A stretch of 64,000 nt of DNA, from positions 6,272,001 through 6,336,000 of the forward strand of contig OZ245046.1 in the NCBI GenBank assembly GCA_965224245.1, in the 5' to 3' direction. This document shows positions 10,437 to 18,433 of the stretch, piece after piece. Position numbers and translations under genes: made by a program. The stretch comes from Candidatus Eiseniibacteriota bacterium (GTDB taxonomy: Bacteria > Eisenbacteria > RBG-16-71-46 > CAZAMP01). Positions within the stretch are counted from its first letter, which is position 1; each line of letters opens with the position of its first letter. The notes below the pieces were generated by a model that did not search any database, had not been told where the DNA came from, and saw nothing but the letters and a program-made list of their open reading frames with translations.

Positions 10437-10978
10437 TATGGAACGACCCCGTCAAGTCCGCTCGCGGATCAGCTGTCTGAGGAACGAAGCGGGACCGGGC
10501 GCTTCGACGAGAAGTCAGCCTGGGACACGCGGGCCGGGACCCGTAGGGTCGATGGAGTCGACCGAGGCGTAACCTGGCGGTCTCGTTCAGCTTCGCTGGC
10601 CAATCACGACTGCTCCACAGTCGATCTTGCAGATCTATCGAGCACGATCAGGCTACCGGTGTCGTCTACTTCATCGAGACGCCGGCGAAGGGTGCTGCAA
10701 GCATCGCCGTGGTCCGAGTAGAATCGACACCTTTTGAGGCGAGTGGGGGAGCGTCACGCGCCAGCTCCACCTGGCATGCCGCAACGTCGAGGTGTCCTCA
10801 GCCGGAAGGGTCAACGAAGGACCGCATTCTCGGCCCGAGGGCGAGAGTGGGGACGAAGAGCCCTCGGACCAGGGCGATGATGGCGGCTGGCGTGGGCGTT
10901 CCAGGGGTAGAATGGATGTGATGGCGATGCCGGCAAGTCGGCACGGCGGGGTCGTAACGTCCAGCTGGGGTAGCGTGC

Positions 10979-13900
10979 ATGCATGGACAGAAGGACTTGG
11001 CTCCGCGAGTGACGTCGGCGGTGTGGCTGATCGGCGCGATCGCTTCCGTGACGGTCGGCCCGCACGCGGCTGAAACGGAGGAGGCTCGGCTGTCGTCCAC
11101 CGGCGACCGGCTCGGTCCGGCGGTGTGGACGCTGACGGGTGTCCAGGACGGAGAGAACCTCGGTCGGTCTGTCGCGTCGGCCGGTGACGTCAACGGGGAT
11201 GGCTACTCTGACGTCGTCGTGGCCGCACCGCTCTTCGACAGCGAGCTGGGCGGGACCGGCCGCGTCGCGGTCTACCACGGATCTAAGGACGGTGTGGACA
11301 TCGCCGCCGCATGGTCGCAAGAAGGTGGGTCCCAGCTCGGCTTCTCGGTGAACACAGCCGGTGATGTCAACGGAGATGGCTACGCGGACCTCATCGTCGG
11401 CGCATTGGACGCCGGGGCTCAGGTCTTTCATGGCTCGCCGTGTGGTCTGTCTCCCTCTCCCGACTGGACCGGCGGATCGGCGGCGAGAGCCGTCGCGTGT
11501 GCCGGAGACGTGAACGGTGACGGCTACTCCGATGTCATCATCGGGGAGCCCGGTGCTTCTGATAGCGCCGGTTTCGTCGCGGTCTTCCACGGCTCGTCCG
11601 CCGGCCTCTCCGACGTGGCCGACTGGTCAATCGCCAGCGGCTCGTACGACGTCTCCGCCGGTGACCAGCTCGGTTTCTCGGTCGCGTGTGCCGGCGACGT
11701 CAACGGCGACGGCTACTCGGACGTGATCATCGGCTCGCCGACGTATTCCGTGAGCGGGTGGGTGCTAGGGCGGGTGCTCGTCTTCTTCGGTTCGGTTGCC
11801 GGCGTGACCGGACCTCCCTGGATCCGGGAGTCGTGGGTGGAGACGAGCTACGACCCGCTCCTGGTGGCGGACGGCGGATATGGCAGCTCCGTCGCGGGCG
11901 TCGGCGACGTGAACGGGGATGGATACGCCGACGTGATCGTCGGGGCACCGGACATGGGACTATCCGGCGGGTTCCTGGACGGGTTGGCGTTCCTGTACGA
12001 GGGCGATCCCTCGGGCGTCGACGAGGTCACGGCCTGGACGGAGCGCGGCGACTGGAACAACCTCGGATCGTCCGTCGGCTCCGCGGGAGACGTCGACGGT
12101 GACGGCTTCGCGGACCTCGTGTTGGGGGCGCCCGGCTACGGTGCCGGCATCGCTCGTGTGTATCGCGGCGACGCGTCCGGCCCGCACCCGCCGTGGTCGA
12201 CGTACGCCGGAGGACAGACTGACGCTGCGTTCGGATCAGCCGTGGCCTCCGCTGGAGACGTGAACGGCGACGGATACTCGGACGTGATCGTCGGTGCCCC
12301 TCTTCACGATGGATCCGGCGTGGATGATGGCCAGGTGCAGGTATTCCACGGCGGCCCACTGCTTCCCCGCTCCGACGACGCCTGGTCCTGGCAGACCGGA
12401 CAGACCGGGGGAGGAATCGGGCTGAGGGTGGCCCCGGCGGGCGACATCGACGGCGACGGTTTCGGAGACGTCATCCTCGGCGCCCACGCGTTCGACGACG
12501 GGGAGCTCGACGAGGGCCGCGCCTTGCTGTTCCGAGGAACGTGGGCCGGACTCGCGCCGCTACCGTCCTGGACGGCCGACGGCGATCAAGTCGAGGCATA
12601 CCTCGGATCCGACATCGCCGGCGCCGGCGACGTGAACGGGGACGGCTACGCGGACGTCATCGTGGGCGCGCTCGGATACGACGGCGCCGAGGCCGACGTC
12701 GGTCGTGCGTATGTCTTTCACGGATCGCCGGAAGGGCTGTCCACGACCCCGGACTGGACCGCCGAGGGCGACCAGGTCGATGCTGCCTTCGGCGTCGGGG
12801 TCAGCTCCGCCGGTGACGTTAACGGGGACGGTCACGACGACGTCATCGTAGGAGCGTACCTCCATGACGGCGCGCACGTCGACGGCGGGCGGGCCCTCGT
12901 GTACCTCGGCTCGAGCTCGGGGCTCGAGAGCACGGCCTCGTGGATCGTGGAAGGAGGTCAGGCCAACGCCCGGCTGGGTTACCGGGTCGCGGGCGCGGGC
13001 GACGTCAACGGCGATGGCTTCGACGACGTGCTGGTTGGCGCGTACACCCATACCGGGGACTTTCCCGAGGAGGGCGCTGCGTTCCTCTACCTCGGCTCGG
13101 CATCCGGCTTGTCGACGACCTCCGCGTGGAGCGCGGAAGGTGACCAGGCGTACGCATGGTACTCCCGCGCGCTCGCGTCGGCGGGTGACGTGAATGGGGA
13201 CGGTCTGTCGGACGTGATCGTCGGTGCGTTCCGGTACAACGACGCGTACACCGACGACGGGCGTGCTTACGTTTACCTCGGGACACCGACCGGACTCGAG
13301 ACCGAGCCCGTGTGGACCACGAGCGGCGACGCCACCGAGGATCGCCTCGGGGATTCGGTCGACGGCATCGGGGACATCAACGGCGACGGCTTCGCGGACA
13401 TCGCCGTGGGAACCCGCGACGACGACAGCTACGCCACGAACGGCGGCTCCGTGCAGATTCATCTGGGCTCTCCGGGCGGTCCGGAGTCCGCGGCCGTGTG
13501 GCTACGCAGCGGTACGCAGGTGGGGGAAGAGCTCGGCACGCACCTCGCCGGCGTCGGCGATGTCGATGGCGACGGATTCGCCGACCTCGTCGCCTCGGCG
13601 CCCTACCGCGACGGCACCTACGTGGACGAGGGTCGGGCGCTGCTCTTCCCCGGTAACTACGGCCCCGGACGCGACCTTGGCCTTCGACAGCTACGTACCG
13701 ATGGCGTGACGCCGATCCCGCCGGGCTCACCGTCGGACAGTGACACCGAGTTCCATCTCCACGCTACGCTGCCATCGTTCGTGGGACGAACCGTTCTCCA
13801 GATCGAGGTTGAGGTGAAGCCGCATGGCTTGCCCCTCGATGGCACGGGGACCTGGCTCGGCGACGTCGTCGACACGGGGACTGCCGGACAGGCCACGTTC

Positions 13901-14362
13901 GCCGTAGTGGTGTCCGGACTCGCGTCGTCCACACCCCATCACTGGCGCGTACGATGCCACTTCGATCCGACACGACCGCCGTTCCAGGGCCACGGTCCAT
14001 GGCGACACATCCCCGACGGCGGCTGGGAGGAGGCCGACCTGCGCACGGCTCCGTCGATGCTCGACGTTGCGGATGCGGACAGGCATCATCCGACGATACT
14101 CCGGGCAATACGGAGCCCGACCCGGCTTCCCGTCCGCGTTCGCTACGTGCTCCCTCACCGGGGAGGCGTTCAGCTGACCGTGCACGATGTCGCGGGCCGA
14201 CACCTCGCCGATCTACGAGTAGCTCAGCAGGAGGGCGGTCCGCACACGGTTCGATGGGACGGATTCGATGACAGCGGACGGCGCGTCGCACCCGGTTTGT
14301 ACTTCATGCGGATGGCCTTCGACCACGGGTCCGAATGTCGCCGGTTTGTCGTGATCGAGTGA
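10979..14362 (+). CDS. FG-GAP repeat protein (14 repeats, probably two 7-bladed propellers) with CTD
   Basis: 14 copies of [AVI]GD[VI][ND]GDG[YFHL]xD[VLI]xxG[AS]-like repeats. Signal-like N-terminus (start could be 10997 or 11009); CTD HDVAGRHL...WDG...PGLYF. Confidence 0.88.
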   Translation: MHGQKDLAPRVTSAVWLIGAIASVTVGPHAAETEEARLSSTGDRLGPAVWTLTGVQDGENLGRSVASAGDVNGDGYSDVVVAAPLFDSELGGTGRVAVYHGSKDGVDIAAAWSQEGGSQLGFSVNTAGDVNGDGYADLIVGALDAGAQVFHGSPCGLSPSPDWTGGSAARAVACAGDVNGDGYSDVIIGEPGASDSAGFVAVFHGSSAGLSDVADWSIASGSYDVSAGDQLGFSVACAGDVNGDGYSDVIIGSPTYSVSGWVLGRVLVFFGSVAGVTGPPWIRESWVETSYDPLLVADGGYGSSVAGVGDVNGDGYADVIVGAPDMGLSGGFLDGLAFLYEGDPSGVDEVTAWTERGDWNNLGSSVGSAGDVDGDGFADLVLGAPGYGAGIARVYRGDASGPHPPWSTYAGGQTDAAFGSAVASAGDVNGDGYSDVIVGAPLHDGSGVDDGQVQVFHGGPLLPRSDDAWSWQTGQTGGGIGLRVAPAGDIDGDGFGDVILGAHAFDDGELDEGRALLFRGTWAGLAPLPSWTADGDQVEAYLGSDIAGAGDVNGDGYADVIVGALGYDGAEADVGRAYVFHGSPEGLSTTPDWTAEGDQVDAAFGVGVSSAGDVNGDGHDDVIVGAYLHDGAHVDGGRALVYLGSSSGLESTASWIVEGGQANARLGYRVAGAGDVNGDGFDDVLVGAYTHTGDFPEEGAAFLYLGSASGLSTTSAWSAEGDQAYAWYSRALASAGDVNGDGLSDVIVGAFRYNDAYTDDGRAYVYLGTPTGLETEPVWTTSGDATEDRLGDSVDGIGDINGDGFADIAVGTRDDDSYATNGGSVQIHLGSPGGPESAAVWLRSGTQVGEELGTHLAGVGDVDGDGFADLVASAPYRDGTYVDEGRALLFPGNYGPGRDLGLRQLRTDGVTPIPPGSPSDSDTEFHLHATLPSFVGRTVLQIEVEVKPHGLPLDGTGTWLGDVVDTGTAGQATFAVVVSGLASSTPHHWRVRCHFDPTRPPFQGHGPWRHIPDGGWEEADLRTAPSMLDVADADRHHPTILRAIRSPTRLPVRVRYVLPHRGGVQLTVHDVAGRHLADLRVAQQEGGPHTVRWDGFDDSGRRVAPGLYFMRMAFDHGSECRRFVVIE

Positions 14363-14507
14363 TGTGCGCACGCGACCCGCATGGATCCTCGGCGGGACAG
14401 CCACGACTCCGTGGCCAGTTCGTGCATCATCGGTGACGGCCGCCCGTCGTTGATGCTCCGACGTGCCGCAAATGCCCACTCCCCTTGGTGGTGCAGCATC
14501 GCGCGAC

Positions 14508-14537
14508 TTGACAGGAATGCCAGTTTGCGACCACAAT
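14508..14537 (+). promoter_or_regulatory. Candidate sigma70 promoter for the cNMP operon
   Basis: Perfect TTGACA (14508-14513), 18-nt spacer, then CACAAT (14532-14537). Confidence 0.45.
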
Positions 14538-14718
14538 GATTGGTTCCGGCGCGCACGACGCTTTCGGGCTCCGGCAACGGGCCGGATCGGGTGTCGTGGC
14601 GTTCGCGTTACCTCGATGCCCCGGAACGTGCAGTTGAGGCATCGCACGATTCGGGTGCGGGTGCGACATGGCGGTTTGGCCCGGGCAAAGCATCGGCGAC
14701 TCGGAATCGAGCTCGGCG

Positions 14719-16428
14719 ATGAGCCTGCAAGACGGGTCCTCGGTCGCGGTCGTGGGCGGGGGACCCGCAGGGTCTTTCTTCGCCTATTTCCTGATCGAGA
14801 TGGCGGAACGGGCCGGGATTCAGCTCCGGGTCGACGTCTTCGAGCCGCGCGACTTCTCCCTCCGCGCCCCTCGCGGCTGCAACATGTGCGGCGGGATCAT
14901 CTCCGAGTCCCTCGTGCAGAACCTCGCCTCGGAGGGCATCAATCTCCCGACCGAGGTCGTGCAGCGCGGAATCGACGCCTACGTGCTTCACCTGGAATCG
15001 GGGAGCGTGCGCATCGACACGCCGCTTCACGAGAAGCGCATCGCCGCGGTCTATCGCGGGCCCGGGCCCCGGGATCTCTCGAGCCCGAAGTGGACCAGCT
15101 TCGACGGTCATCTGCAGAAGCTGGCCGCCGAACGGGGCGCGCGGATCGAGCCCCACCGTGTCGGGCGCATCGGCCGCACCGTCGATCGGATCGAGGTGGA
15201 GGCCAAGGGCGTGGAGACGCGACCCTACGACCTGGTCGCGGTCACGGTGGGGGTGAACACCGCGGGGATCGAGTTCGACCTCGGGCCCACGTTCGGGTAT
15301 CGGGCGCCGGGAACGACGAAGACCTTCATCCGCGAGTACCACCTCGGGGAGGAAGGCGTCGATCGGTTGCTCGGAAGCTCGATGCACGTCTTCCTCCTGA
15401 ACATCCCGCGGCTCGAGTTCGCGGCCATCGTGCCCAAGGGGGAGTACGCGACCGTCTGCATGCTCGGAGAGGACATCGACGGGGATCTGGTCCGGTCCTT
15501 TCTGGACTCCCCACAGGTCAGAGCGATCATGCCCGTGGACTGGGACGCGGAGAAGAGATCCTGTCAGTGTGGGCCGCGCATGAACGTGCAGCCGGCGGTC
15601 CAGCCATTCGACGATCGGGTCGTCTTCATCGGCGACTGCGGGATCACCCGGCTCTACAAGGACGGAATCGGAGCCGCCTATCGCGCCGCGAAGGCCGCGG
15701 CCACGACGGCCGTCTTCCAGGGAGTGAGCCGGGAGAGCTTTCGGCGCCACTACTGGCCGATCTGCAAGTCGATCGAGGCCGACAACTCGATCGGTCGCTT
15801 CATGTTCTCCATCACCCGCCAGATTCAGAGACGACCCTTCGCGGCCCGTGCGGTTCGGTCGATGACCGCGCGCGAGCAGCGGAAGGAGGGACGGGACCGG
15901 CGGATGAGCCAGGTGTTGTGGGACGTCTTCACCGGAAGCGCCCCGTACCGCGGCATCTTCATGCGCACGCTGCATCCGGCGTTTCTGGGACGGTTCGGAT
16001 GGCATCTGGCCGGCTCCGTGTTTTCGGCGAACGGCGCGAATGCCGCCGAGGGGGCAACCATGAGTACCGGTGCGGTGGGCGCCGTCTACGAGGACGGTCA
16101 GGTCATCGTGCGCCAGGGCGACGAGGGCGAGTGCATGTACGTCATCCAGGAGGGTCGGGCGCAGGTGTTCATCGAGCAGGACGGGCACGAGGTGCCGTTG
16201 CGGGTGCTCGAGGCCGGCGACATGATCGGTGAGATGGCGATCTGCGACCGCGAAGTCCGCTCGGCCACGGTCAAGGCGCTGGGGCGTACACGAATCCTCA
16301 CCGTCGACAGGCGAAACTTCCTGACTCGTATTCACGAGGATCCCTCGCTCGCGTTTCGGGTCGTTCGGACGATGTCCGCGCGGATCCGGGACCTCAGCGA
16401 GGAGGTCGCACGCCTCGGCCACCAGTGA
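14719..16428 (+). CDS. FAD-dependent oxidoreductase (geranylgeranyl-reductase-like) fused to a C-terminal cyclic-nucleotide-binding domain
   Basis: VAVVGGGPAG Rossmann motif, VFE, CNMCGG, VFIGDCG...KDGIG (GD motif). Then RQGDEGECMYVIQEG...GDMIGEMA...RSAT cNMP cassette with no HTH. Alternative start at 14668. Confidence 0.85.
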   Translation: MSLQDGSSVAVVGGGPAGSFFAYFLIEMAERAGIQLRVDVFEPRDFSLRAPRGCNMCGGIISESLVQNLASEGINLPTEVVQRGIDAYVLHLESGSVRIDTPLHEKRIAAVYRGPGPRDLSSPKWTSFDGHLQKLAAERGARIEPHRVGRIGRTVDRIEVEAKGVETRPYDLVAVTVGVNTAGIEFDLGPTFGYRAPGTTKTFIREYHLGEEGVDRLLGSSMHVFLLNIPRLEFAAIVPKGEYATVCMLGEDIDGDLVRSFLDSPQVRAIMPVDWDAEKRSCQCGPRMNVQPAVQPFDDRVVFIGDCGITRLYKDGIGAAYRAAKAAATTAVFQGVSRESFRRHYWPICKSIEADNSIGRFMFSITRQIQRRPFAARAVRSMTAREQRKEGRDRRMSQVLWDVFTGSAPYRGIFMRTLHPAFLGRFGWHLAGSVFSANGANAAEGATMSTGAVGAVYEDGQVIVRQGDEGECMYVIQEGRAQVFIEQDGHEVPLRVLEAGDMIGEMAICDREVRSATVKALGRTRILTVDRRNFLTRIHEDPSLAFRVVRTMSARIRDLSEEVARLGHQ

Positions 16429-17462
16429 ACGCCATGAGCGAAGCGTCGCGAGTGACCATCCACTATCGGAATCGATCCGAGGACGGCACCGGAGGGCTCT
16501 TCCTCGTCTCCGGAGCTGGGACCGCCGAGGAGCGACGGTATGCCTTCGGCGATCGGATCGAGATCGGACGGTTCCTGCCCGACCGCGAGCGCGATCACGG
16601 GGTTCTTCTGATCGACGAGCCGCGTGTCTCCCGGGAGCACTGCGTCATCGAGCGGTCGCGAGACGGACGGTGCCGGATCCGGGACACGAGCCGGAACGGC
16701 ACGTGGATCGACGGCCGCCGGCTCGTCCCCAGCGTGGAGATGGAGATCGAGATCGGGCAGGTGATCCGGATCGCCAACCTCGTGGATCTCACGCTTCAGG
16801 GGACGGCCCGTCCGGCGGTCCCGACGGGGGAGTGGAACCCCACGGTCACCGGATCCGGGTTGAGCATGGTGACCGTGCTCGTCGGCGACATTCGCGACTA
16901 CACGGTCCTCGTGCGAAGCGTCGCCTCCGAGGTGCTGCAGCGTTCGGTCTCACGGGTCTTCCGGAGACTCGAGGAGGAGGTCACCCGCTGCGGGGGCACG
17001 GTGAAGGAGTACCCGGGCGACGCCATCGTCGCGTTCTGGGAAGAGTGTGCGAGCCGCAATCACGCAGCATCGGCGTGCCGGGCCGCGCTGGTCCTCGATC
17101 GTGCCGTGCACCGGCTGGCCGTGGATCGTGACGTGTGGGACGTACCCGGCTACGAGCTCCGCATGGACTGGGCACTGGCCACGGGATGTGTGAACATCTC
17201 GAGCGCCGGCGGTGACCGGCCGTCCGGGCTGACGATGGTCGGCGAAGCGGCGGTTCTCGCGTTTCGGATCGAGAAGCTCGCCGACGACACGACCGGGCCG
17301 ATCCTCGCCTGCGGGTTCACCAGGGCCATGGTCGGGACCGACTTCTCGTTTCGGGATCTCGGCGATGTGCAAGCCAAGGGGTTCGACGAGCCGACCCCGC
17401 TGTTCGCGCTCCTCGGCGCCGGCGAGCTGCCGATCTCGCCGTCCATCGGCGACCCGACGTGA
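16425..17462 (+). CDS. FHA domain + class III nucleotidyl (adenylate/guanylate) cyclase
   Basis: FHA: IGR, VSREH, SRNGTW. Cyclase: VLVGDIRDYT, EYPGDAIVAFW, GEAAVLAFRIE, VQAKGF. GTGA start/stop overlap with the upstream gene. Confidence 0.85.
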   Translation: MNAMSEASRVTIHYRNRSEDGTGGLFLVSGAGTAEERRYAFGDRIEIGRFLPDRERDHGVLLIDEPRVSREHCVIERSRDGRCRIRDTSRNGTWIDGRRLVPSVEMEIEIGQVIRIANLVDLTLQGTARPAVPTGEWNPTVTGSGLSMVTVLVGDIRDYTVLVRSVASEVLQRSVSRVFRRLEEEVTRCGGTVKEYPGDAIVAFWEECASRNHAASACRAALVLDRAVHRLAVDRDVWDVPGYELRMDWALATGCVNISSAGGDRPSGLTMVGEAAVLAFRIEKLADDTTGPILACGFTRAMVGTDFSFRDLGDVQAKGFDEPTPLFALLGAGELPISPSIGDPT

Positions 17463-18319
17463 GGGAACGTCCGATGGAGCGCGCGACCGAGCGTGACGGA
17501 CCGCTTCGGCTGGTCTTCCGGGGTGTACGGGGATCGATCGGCAGCCCCGGCAAATCGACGCTTCGCTACGGCGGCCACACTGCGTGCCTCACGGCTCGGC
17601 TGGCGCCCGAGTCCTGGCTCGTGCTGGACGGCGGGAGCGGGCTCCGGACGCTGCACGCCGATCTCCCGCCGAGCCCGGCCGGTACACTCCACTTCCACGT
17701 TCTCTTCACCCACTACCACCGCGACCACATCGAGGGCCTCATGCTCTTCGATCCCCTCTACGAGTCGGCGTGTCGGTTCACGTTCTACGGTCACCGATGG
17801 GGGGATGTCGGGGTTCGGGAGGCGCTGATCGGGATCCTGCGGCCGCCGTGGGCGTCGGTCGCGCTCGAGGAGACCCGATCGGAGAAGGTCTACCGGGACC
17901 TGGACGGGGCCGGGATCGAGATCGGCGGGATCCGGATCTCGACCGCGCCGCTTCGACATCCCCAGGGGGCCACGGCGTACCGACTCGATCGCGGCCCGCG
18001 CTCGATCGTCGTGGCCACCGACACCGAGGGGGGGGATCCCGACCACGACGACGCACTTCGATCGCTCGCCCGCGACGTTGACGTGCTCGTCGTCGACGCC
18101 CAGTACACGCCCGACGAGTACGGAGAACGCCGAGGCCGCGGACACGGGACGTGGGAGCACGCGACCCGGATCGCACGCGAGTGCGGAGCGCGACGACTCG
18201 TGTTGTTTCATCACGATCCCGATCGCACCGACGATGAGCTGGACGCGATCGTCGAGGCGGCACGCAGCGCGCACCCTCGCGTCGAGGCCGCCCACGAGGG
18301 CATGAGCCTCGCGCTCTGA
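17459..18319 (+). CDS. MBL-fold metallo-hydrolase (candidate cyclic-nucleotide phosphodiesterase)
   Basis: GVRGSI...RYGGHTAC, LVLDGGSG, THYHRDH (HxHxDH), HPQG, ATDTE, DAQY, GHGT, HHDP. GTGA overlap with the cyclase gene (or ATG 17474). Confidence 0.88.
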   Translation: MRERPMERATERDGPLRLVFRGVRGSIGSPGKSTLRYGGHTACLTARLAPESWLVLDGGSGLRTLHADLPPSPAGTLHFHVLFTHYHRDHIEGLMLFDPLYESACRFTFYGHRWGDVGVREALIGILRPPWASVALEETRSEKVYRDLDGAGIEIGGIRISTAPLRHPQGATAYRLDRGPRSIVVATDTEGGDPDHDDALRSLARDVDVLVVDAQYTPDEYGERRGRGHGTWEHATRIARECGARRLVLFHHDPDRTDDELDAIVEAARSAHPRVEAAHEGMSLAL

Positions 18320-18433
18320 GGCGCCATCGCCCCGCTCCATCGTCGGACTCGGATGATCCCTGGACCTCGCCTGGTGTATCATTGTGCGGACGACCACAGG
18401 AAAACCCATCACGCGTCACGGTAGGAGGACGAG

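Noticed and set aside
7949-10480. Long Arg-rich same-strand alternative-frame ORFs (also 14463-16232, 1781-2890)
   Set aside because: Frame-shift by-products of GC3 bias inside real genes.
10560-10730. GVVYFIET...VVRVE as another CTD relic
   Set aside because: Too short and divergent to support by eye.
11150-13620. Periodic GGCGACGTCAACGGCGACGG-like DNA repeats as a CRISPR array
   Set aside because: They are degenerate, in-frame codings of FG-GAP protein repeats; no cas genes are present.
14719-18319. Calling the cNMP operon a canonical Pycsar system
   Set aside because: The effector is a flavoenzyme rather than TM or TIR, the cyclase carries an FHA domain, a hydrolase is co-encoded, and there is no defence-island context. 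Only an analogy is supportable.
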